A stretch of 63,193 nt of DNA, the filler included, from Reclinomonas americana ATCC 50394 (lineage: Eukaryota), in assembly GCA_048213135.1 (NCBI GenBank). It is 19 parts of 16 records of this genome, joined end to end, with 100 filler letters (N's around TTAATTAATTAA, not from the genome) between each part and the next. Parts side by side here need not be neighbours in the genome. Positions count along the whole stretch, not along the records: positions 10,680 to 16,523 come from PS016106.1; positions 16,624 to 19,327 come from PS016107.1; positions 19,428 to 25,977 come from PS016107.1; 16 more parts are not named here. One strand, written 5' to 3'. The notes beneath the pieces are model-generated. The model worked only from the letters and a program-made list of their open reading frames with translations, had not been told where the DNA came from and made no database searches. Below, piece after piece: positions 12,676-25,966 of this stretch (position 1 is its first letter; every line of letters starts with the position of its first letter). A program made the position numbers and the translations under genes.

Positions 12676-13147
12676 TCTCTCTCGCCCTCTCTCTCTCTTT
12701 CTCCCGCTGTCGCAAAGCACAGGTAAAGCCTCACACGTGCACAATGCACAACGAAAAACAACGACTTGAAGGCCAAGTCCATCCGTATCCAAAACTCTAC
12801 TGTAACACGAAACGCCAGAAGTTGAGGGCAGCGGCAGGTTTTCTTGAGCTTCGATCGCGAACAAGTCGGGCTGTGATCTTCACCGAATAAGCGTGGTTGC
12901 ACAGTCGCTTAGCGTTTCCTGCGGTCGTACACGGCACATCGAATTCGGGAAAAGGCCAAAGCCAAGCAAACAAAGCAACTCCAAGAAGAGTCGTCTGGTG
13001 CCGAGGTTGAAGACAGCAGCCAGCAAATCGGCGGCGACGTGCAGCTGTTACTGTGTTGTCACTGGCCCGATTGAGGTTGCTGTGTCGCCACCGGCGCAGT
13101 TGAGGGCGAGACGACAGTTGTTGCTGCGGATACAGCGGTCCTTCACT

Positions 13148-13998
13148 TTATATCTTCAACCCCGACGTGCAGTCCCCGCTCGTCGCACACGCGGTCGCCA
13201 TTGACGTGGCCACCACGCCACTCTTTGGTACACACTGCTTGGTCGACGCCGTGAATGTCCACGAGCCGCACGCAGTCAACTGAGAGCACCACAGCGAGCA
13301 CGCCTGTGGTCCGGTAGTTGTTTTTATCGCCCACGTGAGATCGCCGCCGGGCCGATCTGCATGAAAGCATGCCACATCAGTCACGATTCTCTCATTTCTC
13401 ATCTCCTTCCCCTGCGAGGACTCACCCGTGCTCGTCTGGAAGCCGCTGCTGTCATACGCCGCCGCACTCGTCTTGCGTCCCGACACCAAGCAGAAATGCG
13501 AGCCACACACGTTGCCGGTCTCTGCATTGGCGGCCGCTGCCGGCACGGTGCTCTGCATGCAACAGAAGAGGTCTGTGAGCTCGCCTTTCCGTCACAAGCT
13601 CCCTCCTCTCGATTACGTGCCTTCAGAGTGCACACACTCACGCCAAAAGTGTTCGACGCCGCAGCAGCATCCAGGAATGTCCACGACCGGCACTGCGAAT
13701 ACTGATCACACAGCTCACAACATCCGACCTCGCTTGCAACTGAGGGCATAACAGCCAGAGTTGTGCCGCCAGGTCGATCCACTGCCTCAAACAGGCACAC
13801 TTCCAACGCCGCTGCTCGACATGACGAAGAGGGTAAGACGGCAGAAGATGGTGGTGCATGCGGTAAGAAATCAACGCAACGAGCCACAACTCCATTCTGC
13901 GCCGTTCCGCAACCCGTATTCGATGCTGCACGCGCACCCCAATCAATCATCGTCAGCACCATTCACATGTTCAAGAGAGAGAGAGAGAGGGAGAGAGA

Positions 13999-14029
<31 letters not shown>

Positions 14030-17000
14030 CACGTCTCCGTTGGCTGAACAACACCCGGCGGAGCCAACGGTGCCAACAACATGAGAGAGCAGGCAGGAGC
14101 GACAGGCAAATATCCCCACTCTCTGCTGCACACTACAAGGTTCAAGGACCAACAAGTGTGCACAGGAATCTTATACCCACTCTGCTTCTTCATCGTGCTC
14201 ACTATCTACCAATCACTCGCCAGCCTCAGCATCACAGTACCTGCTCTTCTCCTTCCACTGCTGCCATTCCTTCTCTCCCCCTTCCCCTTCGATTCTCATG
14301 GCCCTCCCTTCCCCATGTCGCACCATACACAATCGTGAACTGCTTGGTGTACGTCAGCACCCCGTCGCTCACTTGCACAAACACTTGCAGTCGCCGACTC
14401 AGTGGCGGCGCCACCGAGATCGTCAGCTGATTGCCGCCCACGATCGTGAACAGAGCCGCATGCACACCGCCCACAACGCTGAATGTCGGCGTCTGTCCCG
14501 TGTTGAGATCCACCATGCTCAATGCGCCCACGGTGAATGGCACTGTCGCACTCGAGTACGTCTGGGAGCCCGACAGCAGAATGTCGCTCGGGCCAACAGT
14601 CCCTGCACATACACTCCGTTTAGTCGACGCACGCATACGCACTCATTCACACATGCTTGCATACATACACAGAGAGCGACAGGAGAGAGATATATAGAAA
14701 CAGCGAGAGAGAACCAGCGAGAGAAAGAGAGAAGAACAACATGAAAGAAATAAAAAGCACAGCTCTAGATCTCCACACATAAACAAACAAGCAAACAACA
14801 GCTGAAGGCTCCCTGCGCTCTCCCTTCCCCTCATTCCTCACCAATGGCGAATGCTGACACGGCCAGATAGGTCTTGGCTGGCGCCCATCGTGCGCACAGC
14901 TCGTACGTGCCTGTAGCAGCACCCGCCGCCCCAATCGTCAGCGTGATACTGGTCGCACTGCCGAATGCGCTACCAATGGTAGTGCTGGCCACGGCCGTCG
15001 GTGGTGTTGTGGCGCCACAAAGGGGAGTGGCCAACACATATGCCGACCCATCAGCCGAGTTGTTCACCAGCGCGGTTCCGGTCAGTGTTATCAACTGGCC
15101 GGCCAGTGCCGACACGAAGGTGGCCGACAGCGATGTCACAGTGGGTGCTGCACGCAAGGCAATCAGCAACGTCACGAATCACAACAAAACACACAATCAG
15201 AATAACATCAAACCAGAAATGTTGAGGGTCTGATCGAAAGACATGGCGGGATTGCCGTTGTCGGTTGTGCGCACAATCACCACCAGCGACGTCGTCACAC
15301 CCGCACTCGCAAACTGCAGCTGATTGCCAGACACAATCGTCACCAATGCGCTGCTCGCACCACCCACCACAGAGTATGTGAACGACTGCTGCGAGTCCAC
15401 ATCGCTCGTGCTCATCGTGCCGATTGTCTGTCCCACCGTGCTGGGCGGAATGTACGAGCTTGCACTCAGAGTCACAGCCGTCGGCGCATTGTTCACTGCG
15501 GGAAGACAAGGTCAATATCCACGCCAAGAAACGCACAACACTCCCAATCGATCATCCACACACCCGACGTCACAGTGAACGACTTATCAAGAAACATTGG
15601 TGGAGTGCCATTGTCAAATGAGCGGATCGCGACGACCAGTGGACTGCCCGACTGGCCCGCCGATGTGATCTGCAGCTGCGCGCCGGCGCTCACCGAAAAC
15701 GCAGCGCCGTTCGCTCCTCCACTAACCGCGTACGCGTATGACTGGCCTCCATTGCCGTCGCTGGTGCTCAGCGTGCACACAGGCATGCTGGCAGTTGACG
15801 GTGCGACATACGTGGTGGCAGAGCACACAATGTCGGTCGGTACAGAATTGGAGGTGGTGAATGACATGGTTGAGCCGGTGAGAGTACTGGGCACGGTGGA
15901 CGTCGACAGGGCACGGAAGTAGTATGTCCAGTTGGCAGCGAGTGACGTAAGTGACGCGGTCAGGGTGGTGCTGGAGGCGACGCCGGAGGTGGCCGGTGTG
16001 GCCGCGACGGTGGTGGACCCGATAGTGAGTCGGCGGATGGTGGAGTTGCCATATTCTGCGAGCACAAAGGTTGACAGTGAGCATCAAGTCAGTCGACCAT
16101 TCAACAACGGACCTCGTACCTGCAAAATAAAGTGTGGACGAAGCGGCATCGTATGCCATGTAGTGCTGCGTTCAAAATGATGCAATTGAGGTGCAAGCAG
16201 ACTCCCGTCGGGAACGCAAGCAAGCGAAAGCGCGTACCGGCTGGCTGAACCGAGCAACAGTGAGTGGACTCCCATCCGCTGATCCACTCACTCCCGCAGA
16301 GCCCGCGATAGTCGTCACAGCACCAGAGCTGATAACAATTTGTCGAATTGTGTGGTTGACCGCCTTTGTGGTGCGCGAGTGATGAGATGACGAAGATTGC
16401 AAAGATCTCAGCGCAACACGCAACATCAGAGACGTAAAGAACACCTCGCCCTCGATCGACCAGGACGCCAATCGGTGTATTGAATCGAGCAGCAGTACCA
16501 GTGGCATCTGTCGATCCTGCAAGNNNNNNNNNNNNNNNNNNNNNNNNNNNNNNNNNNNNNNNNNNNNTTAATTAATTAANNNNNNNNNNNNNNNNNNNNN
16601 NNNNNNNNNNNNNNNNNNNNNNNAGATGACAGGTAGCAGATGTAATCACACACCTTCCTGACAGCATTGTTCTGCCAATCTCCAACATATACCACCTTGT
16701 TGGAGGAGTCAACAACAATGCCATGCGGTTTGTTAAATCTCGCACTCGACCCGGTGCCACTTGCAGTGCCCGAGGATCCATTGCCAGCAAGGGTTGACAC
16801 AGAGCCCGAGGCGGTACTCACACGGATTGAGTGATTATTCAGCTGCAAGCGTGGGGTGTGAGCTCCCGCCCTGAACACGAAATCGAATTACACAACCAAC
16901 GCAACATCAGCAATGTACAAGTACCCGGTGATCTGGTCAATCGAGAGGTCGGTGGGCTGGTTGAACCGAGCAGCAGAGCCGACTCCGTCTGCAAAGTTCC

Positions 17001-19236
17001 ACACAGGCGCAGTACCCAGAAATGTCGACGTCACGCCGGCACTCGTCACTCGTCGAATTGTGTGATTATACGTGTCGCAAATAAATGCAGTGCCGGTCGC
17101 ATCCAAATCAACGCACTGCCCAAATGAGATACACATCATGAGCCGCGCGGCGACAGGATGCGTGCACAAGTGCAGTGACACACGAACCGTCGATTGGTTG
17201 AAACGAGCAGCTGTGCCCGTGCCATCTGTTGTTCCAGTCATGCCCGCCGTACCCGCCCACGTCGATACCGTTGGCGTGACACCAAACGCAGCCGTCATCG
17301 GCACCCATTCGAATGAGTTGGTCATTGTCGAAGCCGCCACAGAATTACCCACCACCGCATTTAGTGTCGCTGACGACGTTGTCACGTTGCTGGCCGCCAG
17401 CGTGGCAAGTGATTGAGTGGCTGTGACTGACCAATGAGAAAGGAAGAACAAGGCACTAAAAGGAGAGGGGGAGGGGGACGGGGAGGTAGAGGGAAGAGGA
17501 ATGAGTGAAGAAGGAAGACAGAATGGAGAGAGATAGGGAGAGTGAGTTAGAGGGATAGGAAGAAAGGGGGAGAACAAGATCGCGGAGAAAGTGAGACGAA
17601 GAAATGAAGTAAAACAGAAATAAGACGAGCATGACAAGAAATGAAGAGCAAGAAACGAAGATAACCATGAAGAAAGAAAGTGACAGACACAGAGCACACA
17701 AGACCATGCAGCTTCTAATTGCCTCACCCGTGGTGATGGTGAACGCCTTGTCAAAGAACAGCGGCGGCGATCCATTGTCCGTCGACCGGATCGTCACCGC
17801 CAGCGAGCTGCCCGCCTGCCCCGCCGCCACAATCACCAGCGACTGTCCGCTGATCGAGAAAACTCCACTATTCGCGCCACCGACAATCGAGTACGTGAAC
17901 GACTGGCCTGCATTCGTGTCCGTCGTCTGCAGCGCACACACGACTTGATTCGCCACTGACGGCGACACATAGGTTGTCGGCGAACAGCTAATGTCGGTCG
18001 GCGCCACATTGGCGGTGGTGGTGAAGGACACGGTGGCGCCGTTGATGGTGCTGGGTGTGGAGGTGACACCGACGGCGCGGAAGTAGTAGGTCCAGTTGAT
18101 CACCAATCCAGTCAATGAGGCGGTAATGGAAGTGGCGAGGGAGCCAGTGGAGGTGGCGGGGGTGGCCGACACCGATTGCGACGCCAGCGACAGGCGACGG
18201 ATGGTGTAATTCCTGTAATCAGCGACCACCAACGAAGCCGTCGATGCATCGAAGACTAAAAAGAATGGATTGTAGAAACGTGCTACGGTCGACGCGCTGC
18301 CATCGGCGGCGCCAGTGACACCCGCCGCGCCTGCGACGGTGCTCACTGACGAGTCTGATAGTCGGAGTTGCCGCACGGTGTTATTGTTAGACTGCGCGGA
18401 AAAGTCAGTGGCGAGCAGCGAAACGAGTCTCTGGATGGAGTGGGTGGAGATGCTCAACATCGGCAACATAGATGACGTTGCTTGCAGTGTCGTACGTCAG
18501 GCCAATCGGCGCGTTGAAGCGGGCAGCCGTTCCTGGTTGCGCATCGATCAGCACAAATGCAGACGATCACATTGGATCCTTGCACGATGATAAACTCACC
18601 AGTGGCATCAGTAGATCCGGACGCACCGCTCGTTGAACCCGCCACCGTCGTCACCGTCATCGCCACCGTGTCAATGACTCGGATGGAGTTGTTACTGTAA
18701 TCGACTGCACTCAAGCACAACAGAATGCGCAGATGAGAATGCTTCTCGGTGCTGATCTCTTTCGCACACAACACTACTCACCGACATACAACTTGGATCC
18801 GACGAGAAGCACACCGTTGGGACCACCGAATCGCGCCGCTCCCGCACACGCGCCATCGGCTGTGCCACTCATGCCCGTAGAGCCACAAAAGGTCGTCGCC
18901 GCACCGGCATAGGTCACTCGCCGAACGGTGTTGTTGAGCCAATCGCCCACATACACCACCTGATTCGTGGCATCCACCGCCACGCCCATCGGCCAATTGA
19001 AGGAGGCTGCTGCGCCCGTGCCATTGGCACTCCCCGACGCTCCGTTGCCTGCCAGTGTGGTGACCACGGCCGCTGAAGTGATGGCACGTATGGCGTTATT
19101 TTTCATCTGCGCAAGACGCACAGAGAGTCAGAGTCAGCAGAACATCAAGCTGTGATCATGCATGCGATCACACACTCACATCGGCGACATACATGGTTCC
19201 CGTGGTTTGATCAATAACGAGATCGGACAGGCTGCA

Positions 19237-19317
<81 letters not shown>

Positions 19318-19853
19318 GACGACGACANNNNNNNNNNNNNNNNNNNNNNNNNNNNNNNNNNNNNNNNNNNNTTAATTAATTAANNNNNNNNNNNNNNNNN
19401 NNNNNNNNNNNNNNNNNNNNNNNNNNNAAACATCATGCACACTCGCCAGTGGCCCAGCCAACAGTGCACTCGCTCCCACGCCATCCGTCGTTCCCGAGGT
19501 GCCTGCCGTGCCCACAAACGTGGAGACTGTGGCGGACGAGACACCCAAGGCGGCAGCATAGGGTGACCACTCGAAGGAGTTGGTGGTGCCTCCAGCGACG
19601 CCGTTGGGATTGACCCAGGCATTGAGAGTGGCAGTCGAGCCAGTGATGTTGTTGGCGACGGCGGTGGTCACTGTCTGGGCGTCTGCACAAAGAGAGGAGA
19701 GTGTGAGTGTTGGGAGAAACACGACCAGTGGGCGCACTTGTTCAACACTCAAACAGTACAACATGCAGCGCAACTGGCAGTGACAGCGAGTATGTGGACG
19801 AGTAGCTGAAGGACGAGCACCGCAGTGAGGAGCGGGCGCATCGTGCGCGACAT
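13148..19853 (-). CDS. Secreted multidomain adhesin-like protein, copy A: signal peptide, 2x[FN3-like domain with inserted NHL propeller + cadherin-like domain], further cadherin-like and Ig-like domains, 2 PAN/apple domains
   Basis: N-terminus MSRTMRPLLTAVLVLQLLVHILAVTASCA; NHL repeats (T.AG..G..DG....ARFN.P.G...D); NxAPTDI..TTD..Q.FTYS..TDNG.P..F.K.FTI cadherin-like units; PAN units DRPGG..CC..C....C.SWTF. Contains many short introns and two gaps. Confidence 0.85.
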
Positions 19854-19878
19854 CAGTCAGGGAAAATAGTAACGCCTT

Positions 19879-19892
19879 TTTTGGCGCCAAAA
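19879..19892. promoter_or_regulatory. Palindromic E2F-like element TTTTGGCGCCAAAA upstream of adhesin copy A
   Basis: Matches TTTSSCGC on both strands, lies about 25 bp 5' of the ATG, and has a counterpart upstream of copy B. Confidence 0.4.
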
Positions 19893-19916
19893 CATCGCAG
19901 CGATCACTATTTCACT

Positions 19917-22900
19917 TCATATCTTCAACCCCGATGTGCAATCACCGCTCGTCGCACACGCGGTCGCCATTGACGTGGCCACCACGCCACTCTTTGGTAC
20001 ACACTGCTTGGTCGACGCCGTGAATGTCCACGAGCCGCACGCAGTCAACTGAGAGCACCACAGCGAGCACGCCTGTGGTCCGGTAGTTGTTTTTATCGCC
20101 CACGTGAGATCGCCGCCGGGCCGATCTGCATGAAAGCATGCCACGTGAGTCACGATGCTCTCTCATCTCTTTTCTCTGCGAGGACTCACCCGTGCTCGTC
20201 TGGAACCCGCTGCTGTCGTACGCCGCCGCACTCGTCTTGCGTCCCGACACCAAGCAGAAATGCGAGCCACACACGTTGCCGGTCTCTGCATTCGCTGCTA
20301 CCGCCGGCACGGTGCTCTGCGTGCAATAAAAGAGAACGGTGAGCTCGCTAGTCCGTCACAAGCTCCCTCCTCTCAAGCAAGTACCTTCAGCGTGCACACA
20401 CTCGCGCCTGACGCGTTCGACGCCGCAGCAGCATCCAGGAATATCCACGAGCGACACTGTGTGGAACGATCGCACGCCTCGCAGCATGCCACCTCGCTTG
20501 CAGCAGAAGGCATCACGGCGAGGATCGTGCCACCGGGTCGATCCACGGCCTCGAACTGACACACTTCCAACGCGGCTGCTCGAGACGAGTACGTGTGAGA
20601 CGACAAACGATGGTGCAAACCGGAGCTAACAAACAACGCAACGAGCCACATCTCCATTCTGCGCCGTTGAACAACCTGCGCTCCAGGCTGCACGCACCCA
20701 GCCATTGTCAGCACCAACCAGATACTCTGAATACACTACCTCGCAGAGGACGAGAGGGCGACGACACTCGCACAGATCTGTTGATTTTCTCTCTTCTCCT
20801 CTTCATCCCTTTCCCTTCCTCCCTCCCCACCCACGCACCATACACAATCATGAACTGCTTGGTGTACGTCAGCACCCCGTCGCTCACTTGCACAAACACT
20901 TGCAGTCGCCGACTCAGTGGCGGCGCCACCGAGATCGTCAGCTGATTGCCGCCCACGATCGTGAACAGCGCCGCGTGCACACCGCCCGCAATGCTGAATG
21001 TCGGCGTCTGTCCCGTGTTGAGATCCACCATGCTCAGGGTGCCCACGGTGAATGGCACCGTCGCACTCGAGTACGTCTGCGAGCCCGACAGCAGAATGTC
21101 GCTCGGACCAACGCTCCCTGCACATACACTCCGTTTAGTCGACGCACGCATACACACTCATAAACACGGACATACATACATACACAGAGAGAGATAGGAG
21201 AGAGAGATATACATATATAGAAACAGCGAGAGAGAAACAGCGAGAGCGAGAGAGAAGAACAACATGAGGGAAATGAAGCACAGCTCTAAATCTCCACACA
21301 CAAACAAACACGCAAACAACAGCAGAATGCTCCCTGCACTCTCCCTTCCTCTCATTCTCTCACCTATCGCGAATGCAGTCACGGCTACATATCCCTTGGC
21401 TGGTGTCCATCGCGTGCACAGCTCGTACGTGCCAGCAGCAGCACCCGCCGCTCCAATTGTCAGCGTAATGCTAGTCGCACTGCCGAATGCGCTGCTAATG
21501 GTAGTGCTGGCCACGGCCGTCGGCGGCGTCGTAGCGCCACAGAGAGGAGTGCCCAACACATACGCCGACGCATCGGCCGAGTTGTTCAGCAGCGCGGTGC
21601 CCGTCAGAGTTATCAACTGGCCGGCCAGTGCCGACACGAAGGTCGCCGACAGCGATGTCACAGTCGGTGCTGCATGCAAGGCAATCAGCAACGTCACGAA
21701 TCACAACAAAACACACAATCAATGGGAACGCAACCCGCAATGTTGAGCGTCTGGTCGAACGACATGGCGGGATTGCCATTGTCGGTCGTGCGCACAATCA
21801 CCACCAGCGACGTCGCAACTCCCGCTGTCGCAAACTGCAGCTGATTGCCAGACACAATCGTCACCAATGCGCTGCTGGCACCGCCCACCACCGAATACGT
21901 GAACGACTGCTGCGAGTCCACATCACTCGTGCTCATCGTGCCGATCGCCAGTCCCGCCGTGCTGGGCGGAATGTACGAGCTTGTGCTCAGTGTCACCGCC
22001 GTCGGTGCATTGTTCACTGCGGGAAGAAAGGTTCAGCATCCACGCCGAGAAACGCACAACACTCCCAATCAATCATCCACTCACCGGTCGTCACAGTGAA
22101 CGACTTGTCAAGAAACATTGGTGGAGTGCCATTGTCAAATGAGCGAACCGTGACGACCAATGGACTGCCCGACTGTCCAGCCGACGTGATCTGCAACTGG
22201 GAGCCTCCTCCGCCCAGGGAGAACACGTTGCTGTTCGCTCCGCCGGTAATGATGTATGTGTACGACTGGCCTCCATTGTCGTCGCTCGTGTTCATCGTGC
22301 ACACGGGCATGCTGGCAGTTGACGGTGCGACATATGTGGTGGCAGAGCACACAATGTCGGTGGGCACCGCGTTGGAGGTGGTGAAGGACATGGTTGAGCC
22401 GGTGAGAGTAGTGGGCACGGTGGACGTGGAGAGGGCACGGAAGTAGTACGTCCAGTTGGCAGCAAGGGATGTCAAAGAGGCGGTCAGGGCGGTGCTTGAG
22501 GCGACACCTGAAGAAGCCGGGGTGGCCGTGATAGTAGAGGAGCCGATAGTGAGTCGGCGGACAACGGAATTCCCGTACTCTGGAATCGAACAAGTGAAAA
22601 AATTAACGCACGACGATCGCACAATCTGCCTCAGTGTTTCGTCTCATACCGGCAATGTACAACGTGGACGATGCCGCATCGTATGCCAGATGCGCCTGTA
22701 CACCACAGTAGGCACCAAGGTTTGCACAGTAATTTCTTGCGAACATAAGCAACAAGAAGAAACGAACCGTAATATAGAATCGCGCAGTTGAAAGTGGGTT
22801 CCCATCGGCCGATCCACTAACTCCAGCAGCGCCTGCTATAGTTGTCACGGCACCAGTACTGATGACGACTTGGCGAATCGTACGATTGTTCACCTGCGAG

Positions 22901-25893
22901 AAGTGATGTCACAAAGAGTGCACGTGGTTGACACGGACGGCATTGCGATACGCAACATCAGAAACGTAGAGAACGCCTCTTGCTCGATCTACGACTATGC
23001 CAATTGGCGTGTTAAACGTAGCCGCAGTGCCACTGGCATCAGCTGACCCGGATACAGCCGTGAGAGAGCCGGCCAATGTCGACGCAGTCATCGCCAGCAT
23101 GTCGATAACACGAATGTTGTGGCGACTTCGATCAGCTGCACGATTCAGCACGTTGTTCACCAATACGGTCACCACCATAACAATCAACATAAACACAACA
23201 CAAACACACACAAACACGCACGCACGCACCGACGTACAGCCGATTGGCCGTCGAGTCCAATGCCACGCCATTTGGTCCACCAAACCGAGCTGTTGTTGCG
23301 CACGCTCCGTCAGTGCCACCTACCGACCCAATCGTACCACAGAAGGTGGTGACCTCGCCACCATATGTGACCTGAAAGATGTAATCAGGTCTTGGAAGTG
23401 CACAGGCTGCTACGAGGTCTTAGGCGCTCGCAAGGCACCTTTCGAACCGCAGCGTTGTCTCGATCACCAACATACACCACTTTGCTGACCGAGTCGACCA
23501 CAAGGCCGTGCGGACTGTCGAATCTCGCATTCGATCCGGTGCCATTCGCAATGCCGGATGATCCGTTGCCAGCCAGCGTGGACACCGAGCCGGAAGGAGT
23601 ACTAACGCGGACGGCGTGATTACTCAGCTAAAAGGCGTGAGGTGTTACATGAGCACGTGCCGAACAGAGGCACAAGAAATCAACGCAACATCAGAAATGT
23701 AGAGGTAGCCGGTCGTCGAGTCGACCGACAGGCCAGCAGGTAAGTTAAACCGAGCAGCCGCACCGATACCGTCAACAAAGCCCGTCGCTCCCGCAGTTCC
23801 CAGAAACGTCGACACCACACCTCCATTCGTCACTCGCCGAATCGTGGAATTCGAGGCATCAGAGACGAAGGCAGTGCCCGAAGCATTGAACGCGATGCTC
23901 TGTGAACGCACATGAACACAAACACATGCATACAGCTCGCAATGAAAGAGCAGGGAGGAACTCACATATAGTCTGAAGAATCGAGCAGCAGTCCCCGTCC
24001 CATCAGTTGTTCCAGTCATGCTCGCATCGCCCAGCCACGTCGACACTACCGGCGTCACACCGAGTGCAGCCGATGTCGGTGCCCACTCGAACGAATTGCT
24101 CATCGTTGAGGCGGCCACTGAGTTGCCCACCACCGCATTCAAGGACACCGACGATGGCGTCACGCCGCTGGCCGCCAGCGTGGCAAGCGATTGGGTGGCT
24201 GTGATGCATCAACAAGGAGAGAAGCACTGTGAATGACCATGGACAGAAGAATGGAAGATGAAAGAGAAGGACGAGGGAGAGTAAGAAGGAGAAGAAGAAG
24301 AAGAAGAAGGAGGAGGAGGAGGAGGAGGAGGAGGAGGAGGAGGAGGAGGAGGAGAAGGTGTGAAAAGAACAACAACATGAAGGCGAAGTAGAAGAAAAAT
24401 CCGTGAACAACAAGGAAACGAGGAAACGGAGGAGGAGGATTCGTGGGCAGCAGAGAGGAAGACAAAGAGACACAGACCATGCAGCTTCTAATTGCCTCAC
24501 CCGTGGTGATGGTGAACGCCTTGTCAAAGAACAGCGGCGGCGATCCATTGTCCGTCGACCGGATCGTCACCGCCAGCGAACTGCCCGCCTGCCCCGCCGC
24601 CCCAATCACCAGCGACTGTCCGCTGATCGAGAAAACTCCACTATTCGCGCCACCGACAATCGAGTACGTGAACGACTGGCCTGCATTCGTGTCCGTTGTC
24701 TGCAGCGCACACACGACTTGATTAGCCACCGACGGCGACACATACGTCATCGACGAGCAGCTAATGTCGGTCGGCGCCACATTGGCGGTGGTGGTGAAGG
24801 ACACGGTGGCGCCGTTGATAGTGCTGGGTGTGGAGGTGACACCGACGGCGCGATAGTAGTACGTCCAGTTGCTTGCCAAGCCAGTGAGTGAGGCGGTAAT
24901 GGAAGTGGCGAGGGAGCCAGTGGAGGTGGCGGGGGTGGCCGACACCAATTGCGACGCCAACGAGAGGCGGCGGATGGAGTGACTGGGAATATCGGTAACC
25001 AGCAACGATGCCGTTGATGTATCAAAGGCGACGAAATGCGGTGATGCAAAGCGTGCTACGATCAGCGCACTGCCGTTGGCTGAACCGCTCACACCAGCGG
25101 CGCCGCCAACGGTGCTCACTGACGAGTCTGACAGTCGGAGTTGCCGCACGGTGTTGTTGGCTGACTGCGCGGGGGATTAGGCAGTCAGAATCAGAAGTGA
25201 AACAGTCAGAGTGCGTGCGGTGAGTGGGAAGATACTCAACATCGCCAACATAGATGACGTTGTTTCCAGAGTCGTATGCCAGTCCCACGGGCGCGTTGAA
25301 GCGGGCAGCCGTTCCTGGCGCGCATCGATCAGCACAAAGATAGACGAGTTGCCTATCACGATGAACTCACCAGTGGCATCCGTGGATCCAGCGACGCCAC
25401 TCGTTGACCCCGCCACCGTCATCAACGTCATCGCCACCGTGTCAATGACTCGGATGGAGTTGTTATTGCGATCGGCTGCACTCAAGCACAACAGAATGCG
25501 CAGATGAGAATGCATCTCTGTGCTGATCTCTTTCGCACACAGCACTACACACCGACATACAACTTGGATCCGACGAGCAGCACACCGTTGGGACCACCGA
25601 ATCGCGCCGCTCCCGCACACGCGCCATCGGCTGTGCCACTCATGCCCGTAGAGCCACAAAAGGTCGTCGCCGCACCGGCATAGGTCACTCGCCGAACGGT
25701 GTTGTTGAGCCAATCGCTCACATACACAACTTGGTTCGTGGCATCCACCGCCACGCCCACAGGTTGATTGAAGGAGGCAGCCGCACCCGAGGCATTGGCA
25801 CTCCCCGACGCTCCATTGCCTGCCAACGTGGTGACAGCGGCCGCGGAGGTGATGGCACGTATGGCGTGGCTTGTCACCTGTTTGAGAGTGAGT

Positions 25894-25966
<73 letters not shown>

